64,000 nt of DNA from a bacterium (lineage in GTDB: Bacteria; Patescibacteriota; Minisyncoccia; Sungbacterales; HO2-52-23): NCBI GenBank assembly GCA_030697525.1, contig JAUYPW010000013.1:2293-66292 (forward strand), given 5' to 3'. Shown here piece after piece: positions 55,759 to 64,000 of this stretch. Under the pieces are notes generated by a model, which saw only the letters and a program-made list of their open reading frames with translations, was not told the origin of the DNA and did no database searches. Position 1 is the first letter of the stretch. Each line of letters opens with the position of its first letter. The position numbers were made by a program, and so were the translations under genes.

Positions 55759-57161
55759 ACCGTAGTCACGTGTTTTTTAATCCGTAGCAAAGCATAGCCG
55801 GCCATTATAAGAACTAAAGAGTTTATAGGCTGCCGTACTCGGCCGGTAAGACCAATGCCCATAGTTGCTGCAGCGATTGAAAAATATACTACCACCAGCA
55901 AAATAAGCAGAATTTTTGCGTCGAGTTTGTTTTTAACCACATATTTAATTACTCCGCCAAGGGCCAGAACAGCAGCCGCTATCCACAGCAGACGGCTTAG
56001 AACTATAATTATGGCCGGACTGGCAAGATAAGAAACGATATGAGGTAGGTAGGAAAGTTTGGGGTGTGTGAGCATGGTAAATAGGGGAGGAGTGGGAAGT
56101 TTCAGGGTCTCGTAATCAGTTAGATAGCCGAGAAACTGCACAACCGTAATATAATTATCGTGGGTCCAGAATTGAAATACTCCTCCCAGCACGCTTAATA
56201 AAAATCCTTTCGGATGTTCTTTGATAGTTTGCCAAAGAATTCTGTTGTACTCCTTTTCCTTAGTTATATCTATATACGGCTGGGAGCCGTCGGGGGTTAT
56301 TTCTTTGAATAATTCGGTTTGGGCTTCGGCATAGGTGATATTTTTTCCCAGTGAAATTATAGAAGGAGCCCAGACAACAACACCTAAACCTGACCTGGCT
56401 GAAGTAAAACCCCAAACACCAAAAGTCTTATAGTTGCGGTAAATCCACGGCAAAATTGTTATATAGAATATGCTAGCCACTATAAATACCTGCACTATAA
56501 AAGTTTTCAAGGACAGATTCTTTGTTATTTTTTTCCATAAGGCAAACGCACAAAAAGCGTAAGGCAAATAAATAGTTATTGGTCTGACTAGCGTCGCCAG
56601 ACCAATAAACAACCCCAGCAATGCCAGTTGCCAAAAACTAGTTGATTTCTGCTCCCCATAATCAAGTAATTTTATAAACACAATTAAAAATAAGATGGTA
56701 AACAATGTTTCAGTGACCAGCTGGATTGATAAGAGAATAGATAGGGGTTCTAGAGCCAAAACAGTTCCTACGCCATAGGCTAATTTTTTATTTTGAGGAA
56801 ATAATTTAAGGCTTAGGAAATAGCTTAAAATTGGTATTATACTGCTGGCCAGTACCTGGATGAATAGAAATAATCCGATCGAATTACTAGCTATAAAAGG
56901 AGCCATTAACAGAGAATAACCCGGAGCCCTAAAACCATCATCCGAATAGATGTTGGTATCTTCGTCATAATGCGGCAAATCAAGCCCTTTAGCAAAATAT
57001 ATAGCTGACCTATAATAATCATCCAAGGCAATATTTTGGAGAAGATTATTTCCATAGTGAGCGTACGAAGCATAAAGAAAAACCAGCCGTAAAACTACGG
57101 CAATAATAAAGATTAAGACAAGCCATTTGTTTTTCAGTAAAGACTTTATTTTAATAAACAT
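55755..57161 (-). CDS. GT-C glycosyltransferase (PMT_2/ArnT-like)
   Basis: Multi-TM; DDY, R.PGY, TETLF, GLATLVRP and LPW.YRNY.TFG motifs; likely start ATG 57161 (MFIK). Confidence 0.8.
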   Translation of the reverse strand: MFIKIKSLLKNKWLVLIFIIAVVLRLVFLYASYAHYGNNLLQNIALDDYYRSAIYFAKGLDLPHYDEDTNIYSDDGFRAPGYSLLMAPFIASNSIGLFLFIQVLASSIIPILSYFLSLKLFPQNKKLAYGVGTVLALEPLSILLSIQLVTETLFTILFLIVFIKLLDYGEQKSTSFWQLALLGLFIGLATLVRPITIYLPYAFCAFALWKKITKNLSLKTFIVQVFIVASIFYITILPWIYRNYKTFGVWGFTSARSGLGVVVWAPSIISLGKNITYAEAQTELFKEITPDGSQPYIDITKEKEYNRILWQTIKEHPKGFLLSVLGGVFQFWTHDNYITVVQFLGYLTDYETLKLPTPPLFTMLTHPKLSYLPHIVSYLASPAIIIVLSRLLWIAAAVLALGGVIKYVVKNKLDAKILLILLVVVYFSIAAATMGIGLTGRVRQPINSLVLIMAGYALLRIKKHVTTV

Positions 57162-57214
57162 ATTATTACTATAATATAACATTTCGCAAGGTGTTCAAGT
57201 TTTTTGTGGAAAAT

Positions 57215-57262
57215 AAAAGCGATGCTAACCCCATAAGGTCACATCGCTTTTGTTTTTTTAAA
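57215..57262 (-). terminator. Intrinsic terminator after the E1 beta gene
   Basis: AAAAGCGATG...CATCGCTTTT inverted repeat with A/T tails on both sides. Confidence 0.65.
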
Positions 57263-57271
57263 ATTATTCTA

Positions 57272-58240
57272 TTAAGCCATCATGGCTCTGACCTCTTCTA
57301 TTATCTGCTCGGTGCTGGGGTGATAATTTTTTAGCAAATAAGGTGTGGCCGGAGCCGGAACTTCTGGAAGGGCGATTCGTTGGGGCTTTCTATCTAAATA
57401 CAGATTCTCGCATACCAGAGCAATGACTTCCGCAGAGACCCCGAAAGACCGCCACCCGGTATCGGCTACTATTAGCCGTCTTGTTTTAGCTACGGACTCA
57501 AGAATTACTCGACTATCCAAAGGACGAATAGAGCAGAGATCTATTACCTCAACACTTACTTCGTTTTCAAGTTGCTCGGCAACCTCCAATGCGTTTTGGA
57601 GCACAGCCGATACGGCAACGATAGTAATGTCACTTCCGACCCACGCCACCCTTGCTTGACCTAATGGAATCTCATAAAGCTCTTCTGGAACATGATCCTT
57701 TTGTTCAAACAAGGCTCGATGGTAAAGAACAATCACCGGATCGTCGTCGGCAATGGCTGAAAGCAACAATCCCTTCGCGTCGTAGGGCGTGGCTGGCATT
57801 ACTACCTTTAGACCCGGGATATGGGCAAATAAGGACTGAAGACTCTGGGAGTGCTGGGCTCCTTCGCCGGGTTTTCTAGCTATAAAACTCACCACAGTTA
57901 AAGGCACTTTATGGACACCAGCTGAAATATATCTGAATTTTGCCGCATTATTTACCAGCTGGTCCATGGTCAGCAACATAAAGTCATTACGCTGATGAAA
58001 AAGCACTGGGCGAAGACCGTCCATGGCAGCGCCTATGGCAATGCCGGTAAGCCCGTTTTCCGAAAGGGGGGTGTCAATCACCCTTTGGGGGCCAAAACGC
58101 TTAAAGGAAGGCAAGATCGTGCCATATATGCCGGTTATGTTATCAACCCCTTCACCCATAAGAAGTACTCTTGGGTCTTCCATGGCTTGGACCAGTCCAT
58201 CGGCTATGGCCTGAACGTAAGTCAATTGGCGATCTACCAT
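57272..58240 (-). CDS. TPP-dependent dehydrogenase E1 beta subunit / transketolase C-terminal-like
   Basis: GEGV, FGP.RV.DTPLSE, G.AIGAA..GLRP, GAQHSQ, PGLKVV.PATPYDAKGLL and EVIDL.S.RPLD motifs. Confidence 0.9.
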   Translation of the reverse strand: MVDRQLTYVQAIADGLVQAMEDPRVLLMGEGVDNITGIYGTILPSFKRFGPQRVIDTPLSENGLTGIAIGAAMDGLRPVLFHQRNDFMLLTMDQLVNNAAKFRYISAGVHKVPLTVVSFIARKPGEGAQHSQSLQSLFAHIPGLKVVMPATPYDAKGLLLSAIADDDPVIVLYHRALFEQKDHVPEELYEIPLGQARVAWVGSDITIVAVSAVLQNALEVAEQLENEVSVEVIDLCSIRPLDSRVILESVAKTRRLIVADTGWRSFGVSAEVIALVCENLYLDRKPQRIALPEVPAPATPYLLKNYHPSTEQIIEEVRAMMA

Positions 58241-59184
58241 TGGTACAACTCCTTTTCTTCGGGCTCCGGGCTCGATTTAGCAAAATCAACCGCTTCCGCA
58301 ATTTCCGCGTTAATTTGTTCCGTCATCAGCGCAAAGTTTTTTTGGTTGATTAGGGCGCCTCCGAGCCTGTCGCTCAAACGCAGCAAAGGACATTTTTTTC
58401 GCCACATATCCCCTTCTGCTTCCCAGCGGTAGCCCAGATGCCAATCCTCTCCGGGTCCCCAATGTTCTTTTAGCCGGTAAGTCTTAGCTTCTAAAAACGA
58501 TGGTCCTTGGCCAGAAAGAGATCGGCCGATCATCTTCAAAGTCATCTCATATACACTCTCCACATCGTTTCCATCCACTGTCTCGGCGTAGACACCGTAA
58601 CCGGACAGGCGAGAAGCAATTTGGTCATTGGGTTGTCTTTTAATAATGTGAGAATGAGTTGCGTATAAATTATTCTCACACACAAAAATAACCGGCAGAT
58701 GATGTACTTGAGAAAAGTTTAGACTTTCCCAAAAAACACCTTCTTCAACTGCGCCATCTCCAAAGAAAGCAACAGTCACTCGTCTGATTCCTTTCAGTTG
58801 CGCGGAGAAAGCGGTACCCACAGCAATCGGAATACTTCCGGCAACTATAGGCAGAGACAAGAAAACGCCAGCAGAAGGTTCAAAAAGATGCATTGAACCG
58901 CCCTTTCCCCTGGAACAGCCACCTACTTTGCCCGCCAATTCGGCGTACATTTTCTTGAGACTTCCGCCCTTAGCCAGATAATGTGCGTGGCACCTGTGGG
59001 TTGAAACTATCAAGTCTTCTTCGGCCAGCGCCTGGCATACTCCCACAGCCACAGCTTCCTGACCGGTGGAGAGATGCATCAGCGAGCGTATTTCATTCGC
59101 GTGCCAAAGTTCAATCAATTTTTCTTCCGCTAGTCTGATTCGCAACATTTCGCGGTAAAACTGGCTAAGTAATTCTTCTGTCAT
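58234..59184 (-). CDS. TPP-dependent dehydrogenase E1 alpha subunit
   Basis: HLS.GQEA.AVG, THR.H.H, G.GGSMH, TPP motif FGDGA..EG.F.E.LN...CENN and TYR..EH. Confidence 0.9.
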   Translation of the reverse strand: MTEELLSQFYREMLRIRLAEEKLIELWHANEIRSLMHLSTGQEAVAVGVCQALAEEDLIVSTHRCHAHYLAKGGSLKKMYAELAGKVGGCSRGKGGSMHLFEPSAGVFLSLPIVAGSIPIAVGTAFSAQLKGIRRVTVAFFGDGAVEEGVFWESLNFSQVHHLPVIFVCENNLYATHSHIIKRQPNDQIASRLSGYGVYAETVDGNDVESVYEMTLKMIGRSLSGQGPSFLEAKTYRLKEHWGPGEDWHLGYRWEAEGDMWRKKCPLLRLSDRLGGALINQKNFALMTEQINAEIAEAVDFAKSSPEPEEKELYQW

Positions 59185-59268
59185 AACCTTCTCCTTTCTC
59201 GCAGATTGTCAAAAAACCACCCCAATTATAGTTTTCTTAGAATACATTTTTTATCAAAATTTGTAAAC

Positions 59269-59297
59269 TTGACAACAATAGCATAAGCTAGTAGATT
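59269..59297 (+). promoter_or_regulatory. Promoter, back-to-back with a divergent promoter for E1 alpha
   Basis: TTGACA-N17-TAGATT on +; TTTACA-N17-TATTCT on - (about 59239-59267). Confidence 0.5.
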
Positions 59298-59363
59298 ATA
59301 AACAGGTCTAAGTAATTAAATATTGAGGGTTAATCCACCACTCTCTTAGAAAGGAGATTGGTT

Positions 59364-59867
59364 ATGGCACGAGAAGGGTTCTGGCAGGAAGTTGAGCAGG
59401 CTATCATTCTACAGGACTATGCTATTGCCCTAGAAGGGCAGCAAAAGATCGATGAGGTTGTGAAGAACAAGGCAGATGTGTGGCGCAAGGTTTTAATTGA
59501 ATTAATTCCAGAGATTCGAGATGGTCATACTAAGGTTTCTTCATATAAATTCGGTGAAGGATCGGAAGGGGATAGTGTAACATATGGCTATAAAATTCTT
59601 TCCAAAAATTACCGTTTTTATATCGAATGTTTTTATCCCCCAGGTAACTCGAAAGAACTTAGGCGTTTCAGCGTACATGTAAAAAGTGGTTTTTGGGGTT
59701 TATTCAGTAGGTGTATTGTGCGTTTTGATATCAACAAGCTTATTTGTTCGGGTCAGAAACTTAGCTCATTAGCCCAGATGCCAAACGCTTGCGTGCAGGT
59801 TCATAACATTCTTGATCAAATGTCCGCCAACAAAGAGGTAAATCAGATGTTCACTAGAAAGAGCTAG
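59364..59867 (+). CDS. Hypothetical protein
   Basis: ORF with SD AAAGGAG before ATG 59364, its own promoter and a downstream hairpin; no recognisable motif. Confidence 0.6.
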   Translation: MAREGFWQEVEQAIILQDYAIALEGQQKIDEVVKNKADVWRKVLIELIPEIRDGHTKVSSYKFGEGSEGDSVTYGYKILSKNYRFYIECFYPPGNSKELRRFSVHVKSGFWGLFSRCIVRFDINKLICSGQKLSSLAQMPNACVQVHNILDQMSANKEVNQMFTRKS

Positions 59868-59898
59868 ATGAAACTATAAAGTTAGAAAACTAAAAAAT

Positions 59899-59930
59899 AA
59901 ATCCACCAGCCTAGTGCCGGTGGATTTTTG
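59899..59930. terminator. Bidirectional terminator between convergent genes
   Basis: AAATCCACC...GGTGGATTTTT. Confidence 0.65.
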
Positions 59931-59938
59931 TTTGAAAA

Positions 59939-61147
59939 TCAAATCACATTACCCCGATGAGGAAAGGGAAGAGTCTCCAATGTTACTAACTCGGCCTGTT
60001 GCTCCTCGGGAGACATTTGCTGGAATTTGAGGAGATACCTGTTTTCCTTGTCCGGATGGCAAGTCTTCCGGCAAACACTGATGTCAAAATCCTTCATAAA
60101 CTCCAGATGCTGACGACGTCGTTCCCCGAACCAAATTTCATTTATAGTTTGGGTGTTGATATTTCCTAGATGAAAGTCTGCGTTTGTCCAATGAGCTGAA
60201 CAGCTGATCCAAACTCCATCTGCCTGCACATACGACCAAAGGGTCGGTGTGGCCAAACATCTGGCGTAACCACGATCAGTTTCTTCATACTCTTTGAAAC
60301 GACTGAAGCGAAATATTACTTCAAAATCATCTGTTTGGTACCGATCTCGGAGCATGTCTCCGGTATCCATAATTTCGTCCATCATACCGGCATAGCTCAT
60401 GTCGCCATACAACTTCATGGTCTCGGTGCTATACGGATGCTGGCTATAGGGCTTGAAAGAAACATAATCAAGCCCCGTATCCCTGGCTTTCTGGGCGAGA
60501 TCTTCAACATTTGGCCAGTTGGGGGGAATACGTTTACCATCTTCAAGAACAGCTTCCTTGACCAAGATGGTCATGTTTGCGCCAATTTGGCAAGTGCTTC
60601 CCGACTCTCTTTTGATTCTGACCAGGTTTGCCAGATTCTTCCACAAACGTTCCCAATCGTGAGTGCCGGTTTTATGTATCAGAGCATAGCTTTCGGCAGT
60701 TCCTGCATTTATACTTATTTGGATATACACGTTGGTAAACGGCAATATTTCGTGAATACGTTTCTCTGTAAGTGCGACACCATTGCTCAACATGGCCACA
60801 TCAATTCCTGCCGATCGAGCATACCCAAATATTTTACCAAGTTTTGGGTGAAGCATGGGCTCGCCCTCACCGGCAAACTGAATGCTTTTAATTCCCAAAC
60901 CATCCGGATCTTTTTCGCGAAGCTCTTTTATTTCGGCAAATCGTTCGGCCAAAATAGAGTCTTTGAGATAGTTGGTTTTGTAGCCCAGCATTTCTGGCGC
61001 GCAGAAGGTGCATCGATGGTTGCACGCGCCGGCCGGTGACATTTCTATGTAAACAGGTGGCACTGAAAATGGATCATCATTCCAACGTTTGATCCAAACA
61101 GGGTGATACTTTATCTTTGCGCTTTCAATCCAGTCTCGGATTCTCAT
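59939..61147 (-). CDS. Radical SAM protein with C-terminal SPASM/twitch domain
   Basis: CNHRCTFC (CxxxCxxC), GEGEPMLHP and SNG; C-terminal C..P.....ADG...SC......LGNI....I.EIW......C..TC. Confidence 0.9.
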   Translation of the reverse strand: MRIRDWIESAKIKYHPVWIKRWNDDPFSVPPVYIEMSPAGACNHRCTFCAPEMLGYKTNYLKDSILAERFAEIKELREKDPDGLGIKSIQFAGEGEPMLHPKLGKIFGYARSAGIDVAMLSNGVALTEKRIHEILPFTNVYIQISINAGTAESYALIHKTGTHDWERLWKNLANLVRIKRESGSTCQIGANMTILVKEAVLEDGKRIPPNWPNVEDLAQKARDTGLDYVSFKPYSQHPYSTETMKLYGDMSYAGMMDEIMDTGDMLRDRYQTDDFEVIFRFSRFKEYEETDRGYARCLATPTLWSYVQADGVWISCSAHWTNADFHLGNINTQTINEIWFGERRRQHLEFMKDFDISVCRKTCHPDKENRYLLKFQQMSPEEQQAELVTLETLPFPHRGNVI

Positions 61148-61279
61148 AACAAGAACTCACTCCCTTTTCGGTTAGATTGTGGTTGTCAAATAGCAATCAA
61201 CTTGGAGAACCCACTCTCCTATAATTTTAACCAACAAAAACCGGAATAAGTTACTTATAACTGATTTAGGTAACCAACC

Positions 61280-62086
61280 CTATTTTTTAATTCTAAATAT
61301 GACGCTTGCTCTCCCCCCAACTTCTCTCTGCCAGTAGACAACATCCAAGACGGTACCAAAAAGATTTAGTAATTCATTTGGTCCACCTCGTAAACGTGAC
61401 ACCTTGTTAATTGGTTCGGATTTTTCAATTGGCGGGGGGATGCTGAATCCTATGGCAACAAGAGCGCCGTTTTTTGCAACTCGTATTATCTCAGAGATTG
61501 CCTTATCCAGGTTATAACAGTATGTTAAAACCCACGCGCAAATTATCGTATCAAAACTGTTATCTTCAAAAGACATACAATGAATATCCATAACTAAAAT
61601 TTTAGGACTATAAGAAAAAAGATCAATACCTACAGTATTTTTTAGTTTAAATCCATGCATCCACAACAGCAATAATTCTCCCTCGTTTCTTGGCCCGACA
61701 GAAAGCGTCCGACCTTCAAGTTTTGCTGGTATGATTTTTAATATGTAAATTAGGAATTCTATTCTATGTCTAGCAAAATTAAAAATATTGAGTTTTTTCC
61801 ACAAATTATGATTTATAACAAGAGTATTATGCCGACTCGTAGGGTTTATTTCAATCTGCTTACATCTGAACCCTTTCTTTGAAAGAAAATAGAACGCTCT
61901 CACCATCATCAATGAATAAATAAACCACCGCGAAAGTTTTATATATTCCCATAAGGTGCGGACAAAAAGAGGCCGGTGCGGATACAAAGCATATTGGGGC
62001 GGAAAATTATTTTTTAAATACCTAAAAATGTGAATCTTCGGTTGAGAAGAGATATCTTTTTCGGTTTTTTTTATACCATGTGGCAT
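61280..62086 (-). CDS. SAM-dependent methyltransferase-like protein
   Basis: LSVGPR.EGE, GIDLFS, D.H...F.DNSFD and EIIRV.K.G motifs. Confidence 0.65.
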   Translation of the reverse strand: MPHGIKKTEKDISSQPKIHIFRYLKNNFPPQYALYPHRPLFVRTLWEYIKLSRWFIYSLMMVRAFYFLSKKGFRCKQIEINPTSRHNTLVINHNLWKKLNIFNFARHRIEFLIYILKIIPAKLEGRTLSVGPRNEGELLLLWMHGFKLKNTVGIDLFSYSPKILVMDIHCMSFEDNSFDTIICAWVLTYCYNLDKAISEIIRVAKNGALVAIGFSIPPPIEKSEPINKVSRLRGGPNELLNLFGTVLDVVYWQREVGGRASVIFRIKK

Positions 62087-62091
62087 TTTAT

Positions 62092-62838
62092 CTATTTAAA
62101 TAATTCAAAATGGATATTTCTTTTAGGAATTTTCTTTCTTGATAAGAAAGCGGACATATCATGAACAAAATGTGAACCGCCACAGAGATAAAAATCAGCA
62201 GTTTTGTCAAAATTTACCTTGTTTAGGTGTGAGGCAAACTCTGAAGTAATGCCGGTTCCTGTTTCAGACTCCTTTAAGAAAATGGAGTAGTTAAAATTAT
62301 TATAGATCTTTCTTAGTGTAACTAACTCATCCTTTAAAAATAATTCTTTTTTGTTTTGGACAAAAAAGAAACACCATAGTTTCGTGCTAACTTTTTTTAC
62401 TTCAAGTAAATCATAGATCATTGACCTCAAAGGAGCAATTCCAGTACCGGAAGTTAAGAAAAAAATTGTGTGAGACAAAGTTTTTATCCTAAAAGAGCCC
62501 TTTGGGCCACAAAATTGAATTGGTGAGCCCAACTCTACTCGTTCAAAAAAATCTGAGGCTACACCACCGGCGGTTATTTTAACCAATAATTCTAAAAAAT
62601 AGGGTTCCTTTGGGGAAGAGGCTATAGAAAAAGGGCGGTCAACAAATATACTGCCAGCTGGGATTTTCAAAACAATATACTGCCCAGCACGAAAATTAAT
62701 TTTCTTACGATCGGCAAGATGTAAGCGTACTATAAGTACAGTTGGAGTAAGATGCCTTTTTTTTTCAATAATCGCGGTGAAATAACGTGTCCTCATAGCC
62801 CCCGTTTTAATCTCCTGAAAACATCTCTTATTAACCAC
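62092..62838 (-). CDS. FAD/NAD(P)-binding oxidoreductase (ferredoxin-NADP reductase family)
   Basis: F.AGQY, RPFSIASSP, GG.AS, GP.G.F, GTGIAP..SM, YLCG and C-terminal FE.F motifs; start may be ATG 62796. Confidence 0.85.
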   Translation of the reverse strand: MVNKRCFQEIKTGAMRTRYFTAIIEKKRHLTPTVLIVRLHLADRKKINFRAGQYIVLKIPAGSIFVDRPFSIASSPKEPYFLELLVKITAGGVASDFFERVELGSPIQFCGPKGSFRIKTLSHTIFFLTSGTGIAPLRSMIYDLLEVKKVSTKLWCFFFVQNKKELFLKDELVTLRKIYNNFNYSIFLKESETGTGITSEFASHLNKVNFDKTADFYLCGGSHFVHDMSAFLSRKKIPKRNIHFELFK

Positions 62839-63761
62839 ACAACATATAAGCCCGGAATCTTTGAGGCAAAAAAGTTAAACCAGTAGCGATTAGTGGCATA
62901 ACCTTTGGTAATACTTGCGGGTGGATTGGTATGTGTTCCAATAAGAATATCTCGTGATTTCCGATGGCAATGAAAAAACAGCGTGGGAAATGTATGACCG
63001 CGGTGATGTACTACTACACATCCACGGCTATCAGTTTCTTGTAGTAGTCTTACGCCGCGCTCTCCAAATATCTCATCAACATCAATAACAAATGTACCAT
63101 ATGGTCCCACTGATATCTCCGAACCAGGTACGCTTTTTCCACGCAAGTTGCGCAACTGCGGCCTAAGAGTAACCACATCGGCGTAGCCAGGCTCTGAAGA
63201 ATGATTGAAAAAGGTAATCAGGGTTTTTTTCTCCGGTGTGCTAATAACCGCGGGACAGTACATAAGATATTGCTGATTTTCTTTGCGACCACCCACATTG
63301 AGAATTTTTAACGCGCCCAATCCAATATGACAAGCGCTTTTTGTCACTGACGACGACCAGATACTGACGAAATCTCTCTGAGAGAGATCTTCGGTCATGA
63401 TGTCTATAGGATGGACGACGCAGAAGACGCTTCCTCGGAACTGAAAAATTCCAATTTTTTGAAGTTCACTCTTGACATTAAGTCTAACCGATTGACCCGG
63501 AGCTAGGGTATGTATCTCGGGTACAAAATTTGGCACCTCTTTTCCATCAAGATGAAACATAAGAAGAAGCACCTCTTCACGTCCCACGCTGGGATTCTGA
63601 TAAATAAATTCACAGTCCTGGTAGGGTTTTTCAAGGTGGACATAACTGGAGAATAAACATTTATGTTCTTGTTTGAGAAGAGGATCCAGCAACTGTTTAT
63701 AGTTAGAGTAACTCATAAATTCTTTAATTATTACCAAGAACTTGTCTCTAAAGATGTTCAC
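62793..63761 (-). CDS. Hypothetical protein
   Basis: 322-aa ORF overlapping its neighbours in the same orientation; no recognisable motif. Confidence 0.6.
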   Translation of the reverse strand: MNIFRDKFLVIIKEFMSYSNYKQLLDPLLKQEHKCLFSSYVHLEKPYQDCEFIYQNPSVGREEVLLLMFHLDGKEVPNFVPEIHTLAPGQSVRLNVKSELQKIGIFQFRGSVFCVVHPIDIMTEDLSQRDFVSIWSSSVTKSACHIGLGALKILNVGGRKENQQYLMYCPAVISTPEKKTLITFFNHSSEPGYADVVTLRPQLRNLRGKSVPGSEISVGPYGTFVIDVDEIFGERGVRLLQETDSRGCVVVHHRGHTFPTLFFHCHRKSRDILIGTHTNPPASITKGYATNRYWFNFFASKIPGLYVVWLIRDVFRRLKRGL

Positions 63762-63999
63762 CCATAATAGCCTCCCCGTTCGAAAATATTATAAACGGCT
63801 TAGAAAGAAAATTTTCTCCAACAACTTTAAGGCCAAATGGTTTATCTTGAATATGGTCTGCAAGAGAGGGGTAACTATCAAATAAATCAAGTAGGTGACA
63901 CTGTCCCGGCCTCATTGAGGGTACTTGATAAACCCGTTCATTATTTTCAAAATTGATAAACGTCAACGATGCCTTTGCACAGGAAGGGTGCAAGAAAGA
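63748..63999 (-). CDS. Hypothetical protein, C-terminal part (truncated by window end)
   Basis: Frame stays open to the window edge; stop overlaps the start of the next gene. Confidence 0.5.
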   Translation of the reverse strand, partial: SFLHPSCAKASLTFINFENNERVYQVPSMRPGQCHLLDLFDSYPSLADHIQDKPFGLKVVGENFLSKPFIIFSNGEAIMGEHL

Positions 64000-64000
64000 A

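Noticed and set aside
60335-61039. 234-aa antisense ORF, and similar shadows such as 1353-1847, 57995-58432 and 28121-28588
   Set aside because: They lie wholly opposite well-supported genes and have no recognisable motifs, as expected from codon bias

Overview
AT-rich bacterial DNA, genetic code 11. The gene content and style suggest a Patescibacteria/CPR (Parcubacteria-like) genome; this is an inference from the peptidoglycan-binding-domain surface proteins, mostly SD-less or leaderless genes, and heptamer and TCCGCC..GGCGGA micro-repeats. The window has three parts. (1) The 3' end of galU. (2) A cell-surface protein cluster at about 0.8-10.9 kb, headed by a 1218-aa S-layer-like protein with a ~400-nt structured leader and DnaA-box-linked promoters. 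(3) A ~53-kb glycan biosynthesis island. The island encodes GT4, GT2 and GT-C glycosyltransferases, GtrA and Wzx flippases, AsnB and six SAM methyltransferases. It also carries a GDP-heptose module (Tal, GmhA, GmhB, HddA, nucleotidyltransferase, Gmd, DegT), a legionaminic-acid-type nonulosonate module with HisF/HisH/WbuX-type amidotransferase, an orphan TPP E1 alpha/beta pair and two radical SAM enzymes. The most unusual items are a pyruvate kinase-ATP sulfurylase-APS kinase triple fusion coupled to a sulfotransferase, a repeated DnaA box-N10-promoter layout, the structured S-layer leader, a 271-bp Y-shaped palindromic element inserted between the neuB -10 box and start codon, and heptamer tandem repeats at the same helix of two GT4 enzymes. 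No rRNA, tRNA, CRISPR array or transposase was seen. All calls come from reading motifs by eye; no searches were run.
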